Positions 10,078 to 20,609 of a DNA stretch of 64,000 bases are shown piece by piece (the first letter of the stretch is position 1; the number at the start of each line of letters is the position of its first letter). Both the position numbers and the translations under genes were made by a program. The notes beneath the pieces were generated by a model that made no database searches, was not told the origin of the DNA, and saw only the letters and a list, made by a program, of their open reading frames with translations. The stretch comes from an uncultured Gemmatimonadales bacterium (GTDB lineage Bacteria > Gemmatimonadota > Gemmatimonadetes > Gemmatimonadales > GWC2-71-9), in the NCBI GenBank assembly GCA_963821525.1, contig CAWGED010000005.1:672001-736000 (forward strand), given 5' to 3'.

Positions 10078-13000
10078 CAAACAGCCTTGTGCTTCGCCGG
10101 CTCCCATTGACGATCTTCAGGTCCAGCACGAAGATTGTGTAGAGCACCGGCACGAGCACCAGCGTGATCCGTGGCGAACGTCAGGCCGCCGATCTGCGCG
10201 TAGCAGAGCGGCTCCCACAGCGGCCCGCCGTGCATCGCGAGCGGGACAGCCGAACACGGTCGCGCCCACGGTGATCAGCACCGGCCGCAGGCGCACGATG
10301 CCGGCGTCGAGCAGCGCGTCGCGAGCGGCTCGCCTTCCGTGCGCTCCTCGATGAAGTCGAAGAGCACGATGACGTGACTCACGATCACGCCGATCAGGCT
10401 CGCGATCCGAGAAACGCCATGAAGCCGAACGGCGCGCCCATGACGACAGCGCCGACGAGCGCGCCGGCGACGCCGAACGGGATCGCCGCGAAGACGATCA
10501 GCGGCTTGACCGCGCTGCTTGAACTGGAGCACGAGCGCCAGGAAGATCGCGGCGACCGACAAGCCAGCATCACGACCGCCAGCTCGCCGAAGCCCTTCAT
10601 CTGCTCCTCGTCCTCGCCGCCGATCACGAGCTGGTAGCCGGGCGGCAGCGAGCTCGCGACGACCGGTCGAGCTCGGGCATGGGCAGCGTGCAGCACCTCC
10701 GACGGCAGGACGCCCGGCACCGGGAAGCCGACACCGTGATCGTGCGGAACTGATTGCGCCGCGGATCTTCTCCGTCTCCATCCCGTAGTCGACGCGTCGA
10801 CACCTGGCGCGAGCGGCACCTGCTGCGCGTGCCCTGCCGAGGTAGACGTAGAGGTTCTGCAGATGTCCGAGAGCTGCGCGCGCTCCTCCACGCGCAGCCG
10901 CGCACGACCGGGATCTGCTGGTCGCCCTCGCGAAGCGACGTCACCGGAGCCGTTCATGCCGACCGCCGACGACCGCGACGTCGAGGTTCGAGACGCCCGG
11001 CGAGGTTCGCGCGATCCGGATCGACGTCCAGCTTGAACGGTGAAGCTCTCCGCGCCCCAGTCGTCGCGAACGCGCGTCGGCGTCGGCGAGCCGCGGAAGA
11101 TCTGCCTGAGCTTCTCGGCCAGGCGCGCGCAGCGTCGGCGATGTCCTCGCCGGAGATGCGGACCGCGACCGGGATGCCGACCGGCTTGCCGTTCTCGAGC
11201 TGGCGCACGTCGATGCGCGCCCCCGGCACTCGCGCGCGAGAGCGCGTCCTGCAGCGGCGCCACGAGGTACTGGGTGTCGTGCTTGTCCTCCACCTCGATG
11301 ATCATCTGCGCGTAGTTGAGCTGCGGCAGCTCGGGCGACACCGAGAACCAGAAGCGGGGCCCGCCGCCGCCGACGAACGTGGTCAGCGACTCCAGCACCG
11401 CTCGGCTTGCCGTCTCGCCGGATGGTCCTCGCCGTACTCGGCTCCGCGACCTGGCGGATGACCGCTCGGCCTGCTCGGCGATCTCGCGTGGTCGCGAGAG
11501 CGGCGCGTCCTCGGGCAGCCAGACGTCCACGTACGAGAGATACGAGAGGTCCTTCGGGAAGAACTGCGTCTTGAGCCGGCTCATGCGACCAGCCGCCCAG
11601 GACCAGGAAGACGCAGCGACGCCGAGCGCCACCCCCAGCGGTGCTCGATGCGCCCAGCCGCCGACGCCGGTAGTACCGCCCGGCGAAGCCCTGCGTGCGC
11701 CGCTCCTCGATCGTCGGCTCGGCTTCTTGTCGGCCGCAGGAGGTAGTAGCCGAGCAGCGGGATGAACGTCATCGAGACGATCCGCGACGCCACCAGCGAG
11801 CAGGCGAGCACGACCGGCAGGCTGTAGATGAACTGCCCGACGTCGCCCGTCAGCATCAGGAACGGCAGATAGGCGACGATGTTCGTGATCGTCGCGAACA
11901 GGATCGCCGTCGCGAGCTTGGTGGGCCCGAGCCAGGCGGCGACGAGCGGCGGATGGCCGTGCGGCGAGCTCGCGCTTGATCGCGTCGCCGGCGACGACCG
12001 GATCGTCGACGAGCAGGCCGAGCGCGATGATGAGCGACGCGATCGAGACCTGCTGCAGGTCGATGCCCAGGAGCGTGCATCAACCCGAACGTCATCGCCA
12101 GCGTGAGCGGGATCGAGAGCGCCAGCAGCAGCGCCGAGCGCCACTCCCAGAAGCCGACGAGCGCGACGAGCACGACGAGGACGATCGCCTCGTAGAGGCT
12201 GCTCATGAAGAGGTCGACGTTCTCCTCGACCTGCAGCGGCTGGTCGGAGGTGCGCGCGACGATCAGGTCGGGCGGCAGCCTGCTTCTGCAGCCGGCGAGC
12301 GCCGGATCCACCGCGAGGCCGAACTCGCCGATCTGCTCGCCCGGCCGCATCTGGAGCGACAGCGTGATCGCGCGGGCGCGGTGCCAGTCCCCGCCGCGTC
12401 GCGCCGGTGTAGAAGTTCAGGAACCGCGGCGGGCTCTCGTAGTCGCGATTGACGTCCACGAGGTCGCGCAGGTAGAGCGGCGCTCCGTCGCTGCGAGCGG
12501 CCGACGATCACGTCGCCGATCTCGCGCTCGGACATGAACTCGCCGGACGGATCGACGCGCCACTGTTCCTCCCGCTCGCCTCGATGAGCCGCCCGGCAGC
12601 GGTGATGTTGCGGGCCCCGAGGATGTCAGCAGACTTTCGGGAGGCAACCCGTACGAGGCCAGGCGCTCCTGCGAGAAGCTCGAGGTAGACCTGCTCCTCG
12701 AGGACCGCCGCGCGATCAACCTTGGAGACCTGCGGGACCGTCTGGAAGGTGCGCTTCATGAGGTCGGTGAAGTCGTCGAGATCGCGATAGCTGTACTTGT
12801 CGCCCGCGACCGCCAGCGAGGCTTCCCCTCGGTCTCCTCCGGATCGAAGACGACGAAGGCCGCCACACGTCCGGATGGAACTCGGCCACCCGCAGCCGCT
12901 GGTGAATGATGCGTTGCAGGATGAACGGAGGATGCGCCGAGTCCTCGTCATCGGTCACCCCGCTCGAGCCCGAAGAATCCGGCCCCCTCGAAGGAGCGGA

Positions 13001-13680
13001 GGCTTCGCGAAGATGCCGTCCTGCAAGAACTGTGCCAGTGATCGAACACGCGCCGCAGCGACCGCGGGTCGAGGCTCGACGGGTAGCTGTAGACGAGCGT
13101 TGCGCGCTTCGCGCCCGAAGCCGGCGGCGCGGCCTTCTCGCGGACCTGCACGACGCCCTTCTCGATCTGCGTCGCGCGGAGCTGGAGCTCGACGTCGCCG
13201 GCCTTCGGTGAGCGACCGTGAGCATCAGCGCGGTGGTGTCGCCGAAGTCCTTGATGAACTGAACCGGCTGGACACCCTGCGGGAAGCTCCCGGCGAGGGT
13301 ATCGAGCTTCATCTTGACGTCGTCGAACTCTTTGCCGGGGTCTTTGAGTTCTCCTGGAGCGAGACGATGACGACGGCGACGCCCGTGCGCGAGGTCGAGT
13401 CGATGTGCTCGACCTTCGAGTTCTCCGCGATCTTCTCGATCTTCCGGGTGACGAGCTGCTCGACCTTCTCCGCGGACACCCGGCCAGCGACGAGCGCGGC
13501 CGCGACGCGGACCGGGATTCCCGGGTCCTTCCGCTTCGGCATCCACGCGTACGAGAGCAGCCCCCACACCACGGTCGCGAAGAGCACCACCCAGGCCACG
13601 TGCCGGGTCTCGGTGAAGTAGCGCGCCGTGTTCTTCGTCGTGCGGATGCGCTCCGCGTCGCCCTTGTCGTGCGCTGTCAT
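10052..13680 (-). CDS. RND efflux permease, AcrB/AcrD/AcrF family (heavily frameshifted; 3' end approximate)
   Basis: MTAHDKGDAERIRTTKNTARYF...VEQLVTRKIEK, ATITNIVAYLP, TQFFPKDLSY, LIGVIVSHVIVLFDF, QIGGLTFAT spread over several frames. Confidence 0.85.
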
Positions 13681-14384
13681 GTCCCGTCCGGGATCACGCG
13701 GACGGCATCGCCGTCGGCGAGGAGGGTCGCGCCCATCGAGACGACGCGCTCGGCCGCTTTGAGGCCTTCGTTGACGACCACGGCGTTCCCGACGACCTCG
13801 CCGAGCTTCACGTCGCGGAGGTGGGCGACCTCCTTCCCCTGCGCCCGTCCTTCGGTGGCTCGACGACGTAGACGGAGAAGCCGCGCGGGTCACGTGGCGA
13901 CCGGACGACGGCGGTGAGCGGTAAGGACCAGCGCCGCCGTGTCGAGCGTCGAGTCGGGGAGACGAGCTTCGCGATCATGCCGACCTTGAGCTGGTCCTTC
14001 GGGTTCGGAAGCGTCGCCTCGACATCGAACACACGGCTGCGCACGTCGGCCGACGGGGCAATGCGCGTGATCGTCCCGCTGAAGTCGCCTGGGACGGCCT
14101 CGAAGCGAACGAGCGAGCCGCCGGGCCTCAGCTTCTCGATGAGCTTGTCCGGCGCGCCGAAGACGACCTTCACCGTCTTCGTATCGGCGATGACGAACCC
14201 CAGGGCGCCCGGCCCGACGAGCGAGCCGACCTCGACCCGCATAACGGGTCTCACCGCCCCCCTGGCCACTCGTTCCGACTGCCACCACCGTGACGGGCAA
14301 CGGCGGAGTCGGTGGCGGTGGTTTCTCCTTGCACGCCGGCACTCCGAGTGCGGCGACCAGGGTCCAGAGGTGGCGTTTCATCAT
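13677..14384 (-). CDS. RND periplasmic adaptor (MFP) with apparent internal deletion and frameshifts
   Basis: GGAGGA RBS; MMKRHLWTLVAALGVPACKEK (lipobox-like) then VEVGSLVGPG...GTITRIAPSADVRSRVFDVEATLPNPKDQLKVGMIA; stop overlaps the RND ATG. Confidence 0.75.
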
Positions 14385-14403
14385 TCCTCCTCGTGCCGGG
14401 GCG

Positions 14404-16832
14404 TCAATGCTGTGGCGGCGCCGCCAGGTCCCGAAGCCGCTGCAGGAACGCCTCGCGCTGTTCCGGGGGTTCCAGGACGCCGAAGGTTCCCATCGCCCGC
14501 TCCACCCGCATGAGATCGAGCAGGAAGTTGTTGATGGCATTTGCGGCGGACCGGGAGGAGCTGAGCGCCGCAGACTGGGCATCGAGCAGGGCGGTGATCG
14601 AAGCGGTACCGCCGGCGTAGGCATCGCTGACCAGTTCGTAGTTGCGGTCTCCCGCTTCCGCCGCATCGCGGGTCAGAGCAATGGCGGCGTAGGAGGAGGC
14701 CGCGTTCTCCATTGCCGCGAGGATACGCTGGGTAACATCCTGGTTGATGCCCTCTCTCTGGATGTGCAGCCGGTCGAGATCAATGCTCGTCTGCGATCGC
14801 GCAGCGATACGCCGGAATCCAGTAAAGAGTGGAAGCGCCGCCTGAAGCCGGACCTGCCAGGAGAGATCGGGTCCTCTGTCAAAGAGGCCGCCGAACTGGG
14901 GCGGAACCGATGGCAACGTTGCTCCCGCACCGCCACGGCTGAAGACATTGTTGAGGCCGCCATCCAGGGTGAGGTCGGGAAGCCAGAACGCTCGTCCCGC
15001 GGCGGTTCTCTGCCGCTCCTGGGCGGCGATGGCGGCATCAACCTGGGCCAGCTCGGGCGAGAGGTTGAGCGCTTCGTCGACAAGGAAGTCGGTGAGCGCC
15101 GCGAAACGGGCAGGCTCGCCGAACCAGGTCAGGACGGTGGAATCTTGAGGACCAGTAACGCCGGGTCGGCGAAGGACACCGGCTCCTGTGCCAGCGGTTG
15201 CCCGAGCGGCCGATTCAGGATTCGCTTGAGGGCGAGACTTGCGACCCGGACCTGGGTTTCCGCTTCGATCAGATCCTGCCGCGCCGTCGCCACCTCGCTC
15301 TGCCAGCGGTAGACATCGGCGCGGCTCGCGGTACCCACGCCCTCGCGGAGTCGAGCGACCTCGAGGTTGGAAAGGGAACGGTACAGATTCGAGCGCTGGA
15401 CGTCGGCCACGGTGCGGAGTCGCAGTACATCCAGGTACGCGGTTGCTGCGTCGAGCACCACGTCGAGTCGCAACTGGTCCCGCTGCGCGACTCGGGCCTC
15501 CTGCAGGCTTCGCTGGGACGAATAGCCGGCCCGGCTTGCTCGGAGTAGATCGGCACGAACCCGGAGATCCCGCCATCAAGCAGCCTCTCGGGTTGCTGTG
15601 CCAGGCTCGCCTGGGCCGTCTCCTTGCGGGTGTACGTGCCGGTGAGCCGGCTGTCTACCTGAGGGAGCAGGTTCGACCGCGCCAGGCGTACCGTCTCCTC
15701 GCCTGAAGCCACCTCGAGGTTCGCGGCCGCCACATCGAGATTGCTCACGAACGCCTGCTGCATGCTGGCCGCGAGTGTCAGCGTGTCGCGGGGACCGGCG
15801 GAGTCCACCTGCACGAGGTCGGCCTCGGTGAGGAGGCTCCATCCCGGCGAGAATCCGATCTGGCGAGCGGCTGCGAGGTTGAGGGTGAGTCGCGGCGCGC
15901 TGACCAGCTCACCGGAAGTGTCCCTGCGTCTTCTCCCGCAAGAATGCGCTGCAGGTCCACTGCGACCCGGCGAGCTCGTCGACGCCAGTTCTCCGGTGGT
16001 TCGTACGATGCGAGAGCGCCGAGGCGGAGATCGGGGTCCACGACGTAGCTCAGCGTTGCAATCCGGCGCTCATTCAGGCCGGCGAGCAGCTGGCCCAGCT
16101 CGCGCTCGGACATGGAGGGAAGCGGGGTCAGGTATGCCGCGTCCACGTCGGCCGGCAGGGCCGCAAGAATCAGCGCCGCGCTGTCGCGACCGGGAACGAT
16201 CACCGGTTCAGCGCCAACACTTCGCACCAGCTCGCTTGCCTTCGCCTCGAGCTGGGGAATTGCCAGCAGGTCGCGATCGAGGAGGACGGCGAGTTTCCGA
16301 AACGGGATCAGCCGGTGGAAATCGGCGAGCGTACTTCCTACCGGATACGATTGGTCCACGTACGCGAGGCGAGGGACTCCGCTCGCCCCATCCTTCTGGG
16401 GAGCGTTCTGCCAGGCTGCGTCGATGACGACCGCGGCGATCGCGGGCTTGGGCGGGCTGCCCGATCTGGTAAGCCAGTAGGAACCGACTGGTCCAGGGCG
16501 ACAACAACAGAAACCGACGGATCGTTAAAGGCGCGCTTCAGGGCTTCTGCTACGCCGCCGACCGTGCCGTCGCCGGTGATGGGTGGAAGAAGCTCGATCT
16601 CACCGGGCCGGAAGAATCCGCGAACCTCGGTCTGGAACAGGTCCACGGCGGGCTGGATCAGAGGGCTCGCTCGGTCGAGGACGATCGCGATGCGCGCGGG
16701 GCTCCCCTGGGCGGCGAGTCGCGAGCCGACCGGCGATGCGAGCAGGAAGCAAAGAGTCAGAAGTCGGATCCGACTCTTCCACCCGACGCACGGGCTTGGA
16801 GGCCTGGGGGATCGACTTAGGACGAAACTCAT
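14404..16832 (-). CDS. TolC family protein with N-terminal ABC substrate-binding-like domain (frameshifted)
   Basis: Fragments 16338..16880, 15778..16359, 15269..15814, 15129..15473 and 14404..15579 join. C-terminal half has TLTLAASMQQAFVSNLDV...ARSNLLPQV and YELVSDAYAGGTASITALLDAQ; N-terminal half ends ...RILAGEDAGTLPV...LTLNLAAARQIG as in ABC_sub_bind-type proteins. Confidence 0.75.
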
Positions 16833-16914
16833 TAATGACTGGCTGGGAACAGCAGTTCTCCTTGGAAGGCCCGCCGTCAAGACGCCGCAGCATGGTCGAT
16901 GCCCGCCGGGTCAC

Positions 16915-16950
16915 AAAAGAAACGCCTCCCCTTTCGAGGAGGCGTTTTAA
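16915..16950 (-). terminator. intrinsic terminator (possibly bidirectional)
   Basis: AAACGCCTCC/GGAGGCGTTT stem followed by a T-rich tail on the minus strand, downstream of the PG-binding gene. Confidence 0.75.
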
Positions 16951-17009
16951 ACACGGGACTGGGAAGGAGTGTTGACCGCGTTCGTCCCGTGGGAGGTTTG
17001 TTGCTACCC

Positions 17010-17358
17010 TTACGGACTCGCCGGAGCGGTTGCCGGAGCAGGCGGCTCCAGCTTCTTCAGGGTTTCCTCGTCCAGTTTGCCCGTCACCTTCAGCTTGTTC
17101 TGGGTCTGATACTTCTTGATTGCGCCGGAAAGCTCGTCGTTCCACTTCCCGTCCACCTTGCCTTTGTAGAGTCCGGCCTTGGTCAGGCTCTGCTGGGCCA
17201 TGGTGACTTCCTGCTTGCTGGGTTCATGCTTCTTGTTGCTGGACGTCGTCGCCGCGGCATGAGTCGTCGGGGGCGGGAGTCGCCGTGGCCGTCGACTGCG
17301 CGTTGAGCGTTCCCGCTACGAGCACGAATACACCAGCTAGAGCCAACTGCTTGAGCAT
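17010..17358 (-). CDS. small exported peptidoglycan-binding domain protein (PG_binding_1; one frameshift)
   Basis: GGAGGA RBS; signal peptide MLKQLALAGVFVLVAGTLNAQ; AQQSLTKAGLYKGKVDGKW...AIKKYQTQNKLKVTGKLDEETLKKL. Confidence 0.8.
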
Positions 17359-17435
17359 ACGCTTCCTCCATTGGGATGAGCCCGGCCGACGCCGGGACTG
17401 TCCAACTGGTCCTGCTTTCGACAGTGATGTGTTGG

Positions 17436-17450
17436 GCAAGCGCGGTGCCA
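17436..17450 (-). promoter_or_regulatory. sigma-54 (-24/-12) promoter for the PG-binding gene
   Basis: Minus strand reads TGGCAC-CGCGC-TTGC, matching the TGGCAC-N5-TTGC consensus; next to a GAFTGA activator gene. Confidence 0.8.
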
Positions 17451-17552
17451 CGCGGAATTCACCCGAAGAGGCGTGAATCAGCGGCGAAAGCCGAGATTTT
17501 CAGTTTTGGATGAAGGTGGAGCGACAGGCTGGCCGGGCGGAGTTGGCGGATG

Positions 17553-17565
17553 GGACAGGATGTCC
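17553..17565. promoter_or_regulatory. putative upstream activator site GGACA-N3-TGTCC
   Basis: Palindrome about 100 bp upstream of the sigma-54 promoter; weaker copy at 17523-17533; same motif twice at 20577-20607. Confidence 0.55.
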
Positions 17566-17594
17566 GCCCGGCCCATGCGAAGAAATGCTGGTGA

Positions 17595-19007
17595 TCAGGA
17601 TCGCGGTGTCGACATTCCCCAGCGCTGCAGCATCCGGGACAACGTGCGGCGGGAAATCTGGAGCACTCTTGCCGCGCGTTCGCGATTGCCGTCCGACGCG
17701 GCGAGCACCGCCAGGACGTGCCGCTTCTCGACTGCCGCGAGGGGAATCATCTCGGTGGCCGGAGCGTTCGGGCCCTGAGGAATAATCGGTGCGCTGTGGG
17801 GCTGGAGTGCGGCCCGCACTTCCTCCGAGAGATGTTCCGGTCCGATCACATCCTGCGCCGCGAGCACCAGGGCGCGCTCCAGAACATTAAGGAGTTCGCG
17901 GACATTGCCGGGCCAGTCATACATCAGGAGCGCGCGTTGTGCTTCAGGATCGACCGCTACCGGGCCCCGCTCGTGCCGAGCCGCCAGCCGGCGTAGCAGG
18001 TCATCGATTAGGAGAGGAATGTCCTGCCGGCGCTCCCGCAGCGGGGCCAGTGTGATGGTGACCACATTAAGCCGGTAATACAGGTCCTCCCTGAAGCGGC
18101 CCTCGCGGACCAGCACCGGAAGGTCGCGATGGGTCGCGGCAATCACGCGAACATCCACCCGCACCGGTGTTTCCGATCCCACCGGCACGATTTCCTGTTC
18201 CTGCAGCACCCGCAGCAGTCGCGATTGGAGGGCGGGGGAGATGTCCCCGATTTCATCGAGGAAGAGCGTCCCGTGGTCCGCCTCCCGGAAGAGGCCGGGT
18301 CGAGCGGCCTGTGCGCCGGTGAAAGCGCCCCGGACGTGTCCGAACAGTTCACTCTCCAGCAGCCCTTCGGCGAGCGCGGAGCAATTGACCGCGACGAACT
18401 TGGCCCGGCTTCGCTCCGAGTAGCGGTGGACCGTTCTCGCCACCAGCTCCTTGCCCGTCCCGGTTTCTCCTGACACCAGCACACTGGCCTGGCTGGGCGC
18501 TACCCGTGCCACCGTCTTCATCACGCCGATGATGGCGGGACTGTGGCCCACCAGCTCGGGCTCCTGTTCCCGCCGTCCATCCGAACCGTTGGACGGCTCG
18601 TCGCTCCGGGAGACCTGGATCCGTTTCCGCTCGAGCGCGCGCGAGAGTACCAGCCGCAGCTCGCCGATATCGTAGGGCTTGCTGATGAAATCGTGGGCAC
18701 CGGCGCGGATCGCCTCGCCCGCGGTGCCCGCGTCGCCGAAGGCGGTGAGCACGATGACGATCGCGTTCGGATCCCGCTCGCGCACCACGCGCAGGAGATC
18801 GAGCCCGCTCGACCCGGGCATCCGCAAGTCGGTGAGTACCGCGTCGAAGGGGCCTTCGCGTCCCAGCTTCGCGAGTCCTTCAGAAGCGGAGAGGGCCCGG
18901 ACGATCTGGTAGTCTTCCCGCTCCAATACTTCGGAAAGGAGACGGCAAGCCGCCTCGTCGTCGTCCACCAGCAGAAGTCTCGGAGAAAGTGCCACGCTTA
19001 TAGCCAC
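17595..19007 (-). CDS. sigma-54-dependent response regulator (NtrC/AtoC/ZraR family)
   Basis: REC domain (LLVDDD, DLRMPG), [31 protein letters not shown], Fis HTH (AARVLQISRRTL). Confidence 0.93.
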   Translation of the reverse strand: MAISVALSPRLLLVDDDEAACRLLSEVLEREDYQIVRALSASEGLAKLGREGPFDAVLTDLRMPGSSGLDLLRVVRERDPNAIVIVLTAFGDAGTAGEAIRAGAHDFISKPYDIGELRLVLSRALERKRIQVSRSDEPSNGSDGRREQEPELVGHSPAIIGVMKTVARVAPSQASVLVSGETGTGKELVARTVHRYSERSRAKFVAVNCSALAEGLLESELFGHVRGAFTGAQAARPGLFREADHGTLFLDEIGDISPALQSRLLRVLQEQEIVPVGSETPVRVDVRVIAATHRDLPVLVREGRFREDLYYRLNVVTITLAPLRERRQDIPLLIDDLLRRLAARHERGPVAVDPEAQRALLMYDWPGNVRELLNVLERALVLAAQDVIGPEHLSEEVRAALQPHSAPIIPQGPNAPATEMIPLAAVEKRHVLAVLAASDGNRERAARVLQISRRTLSRMLQRWGMSTPRS

Positions 19008-19008
19008 G

Positions 19009-20469
19009 TCACGCCGTCCGTTCTAAGGCGGAGGGAAGTGAAAGCCGCCACGCCGTCCCCCTCTCGGTTGGAATATGCTCGAGGTCCCCGCCAAGGCTCC
19101 TGGCCAACCGCTGGCTGACCGCCAGCCCCAGACCGGTGCCTGCCTGTCCCTTCGTGGTCACGAACGGATTGAAGAGGTGACGCTTCGCCTCCGCCGCCAG
19201 GCCAGGCCCGGTATCGCGAATCTCAAGCCATGCCTCCGAGGTGGAGCCCCCGGTCCGAACTTCGATCTTCCCACCCTGGGGCATCGCCTCGATGGCGTTC
19301 TTGACCAGGTTCAGCAGGATCTGCTCCACCAGCGCTCCGTCGGACATCGCCATCGACTTGCCCATGGCGGCTCCGGCCGGCACCAGTTCTCCGCGGACCC
19401 CCTGCTCGGCCATCGTCGGCTCGAAGAATCTGAGCACCCGTTCCGCGACACCGCCCAAGTCGGTGGGGCGAAGCGCCGGCGTAGGCCAGGCTCGACGCTC
19501 CAGACGGCTCTTCACGATTCCGGTCAGCCGGTCCAGCTGTCCCAGCAACAAATGAACCCGTTCCAGCGCGAGCGGAGAACCGGCTGCCCGAAGATCATCG
19601 CGCAGGAGCTGCAAGTGCCCGCTCAACGTGTTCAACGGGGTACCGATCTCATGGGCGAACGCCGCCGCCGTCTCCTCCGACAAAGCCAGCCGGTCCAATC
19701 CTCGCGCCTTCTCCTCCAATGAGAGCAGCGCGCCGCGTGCTTCGCTTTCCCGCTGCCTCGCCGATAGCGCTTCGCGAAGGTCGTTGTATCGTCGCGCGAG
19801 CCCGCGGAATTCATTGGGACCGATCTCCACGGCCGGAGGAGCCGACTCGACTCCGGCGTGCGCCTGATCCAGCGTATACCCCAATGCGCTCAACGGTTTG
19901 CCCACCCACTGGGCGGTGAGCCAGGCGACACTCGCCGCGAGCAGGAGGGCTGCGATCACCGCGAATGTGTAGCTGCGTTTCCTTTCCAGCCGAGCCCAGG
20001 CCTGCAGGGTCAGGGTCGAGACTTCGACACTCAGAACGCCATACGGCCGGATGCCACCGAGCGGCTTCGCGACTCTCCACGCGGGAGCGCTGTCCCGTAC
20101 CTGCCAGGTCCGTAGTGCATTGGATTGGATGGCCTGGTACTCCTCGCTGGTCGGGATCGGATCGCTGAGCGTTCCGCTCGCGGCGATGAGCGTGAGCCGG
20201 TCTCCCACCCGCCGCCATACCGCGGCAGACGTGGTGGTGATGTGCTGGCTCGGCCACCCGGCGAGACCCTGTGCGATTGCGGTGGAGTCACCGGTTGGAG
20301 CGAGACGGGTGATGTATTTGGCCCAGGTCTCGGCGAGTGCGACCGATTCGCTGCGGAGGTCATCCAGTCGAGACCGTTCGGACCAGGAGAGCGCGATCTC
20401 GGTCGACCCCAAGACCAGGAGGATGGCCATGGCAGCTGTAAGAACAGCCAGACGATGGATAAGGCCCAT
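19009..20469 (-). CDS. membrane sensor histidine kinase
   Basis: FAHEIGTPLN H-box, NLVKNAIEAM, DTGPG, FVTTKGQAGTGLGL; two transmembrane segments. Confidence 0.92.
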   Translation of the reverse strand: MGLIHRLAVLTAAMAILLVLGSTEIALSWSERSRLDDLRSESVALAETWAKYITRLAPTGDSTAIAQGLAGWPSQHITTTSAAVWRRVGDRLTLIAASGTLSDPIPTSEEYQAIQSNALRTWQVRDSAPAWRVAKPLGGIRPYGVLSVEVSTLTLQAWARLERKRSYTFAVIAALLLAASVAWLTAQWVGKPLSALGYTLDQAHAGVESAPPAVEIGPNEFRGLARRYNDLREALSARQRESEARGALLSLEEKARGLDRLALSEETAAAFAHEIGTPLNTLSGHLQLLRDDLRAAGSPLALERVHLLLGQLDRLTGIVKSRLERRAWPTPALRPTDLGGVAERVLRFFEPTMAEQGVRGELVPAGAAMGKSMAMSDGALVEQILLNLVKNAIEAMPQGGKIEVRTGGSTSEAWLEIRDTGPGLAAEAKRHLFNPFVTTKGQAGTGLGLAVSQRLARSLGGDLEHIPTERGTAWRLSLPSALERTA

Positions 20470-20519
20470 GCGAGAGGTCCATTTCTGCCTTCTGCCCCGG
20501 CGTATGAAACCGCCCAAAG

Positions 20520-20534
20520 GCAGAGAGCATGCCA
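20520..20534 (-). promoter_or_regulatory. putative sigma-54 promoter for the kinase-regulator operon
   Basis: Minus strand reads TGGCAT-GCTCT-CTGC (GG-N10-GC). Confidence 0.55.
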
Positions 20535-20576
20535 CTTTGCCCCCGGCAAGCAGTCGGAGAGGACGCCCTTCGCCGA

Positions 20577-20607
20577 GACATCCTGTCCTATTCTTGACAG
20601 AATGTCA
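20577..20607. promoter_or_regulatory. tandem GACA-N3-TGTC palindromes (putative activator sites)
   Basis: GACATCCTGTC (20577-20587) and TGACAGAATGTCA (20595-20607). Confidence 0.55.
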
Positions 20608-20609
20608 GG

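Noticed and set aside
6801..14252. GAGACCCGTT at 6801 and its reverse complement at 14243 as element ends
   Set aside because: A 10-bp match is expected by chance in 64 kb; no integrase, transposase or target duplication is seen.
16890..16904. Third sigma-54 promoter (GGGCAT-N5-ATGC) upstream of the TolC fusion
   Set aside because: Has GG-N10-GC spacing but matches the consensus poorly and has no nearby GACA-N3-TGTC site.
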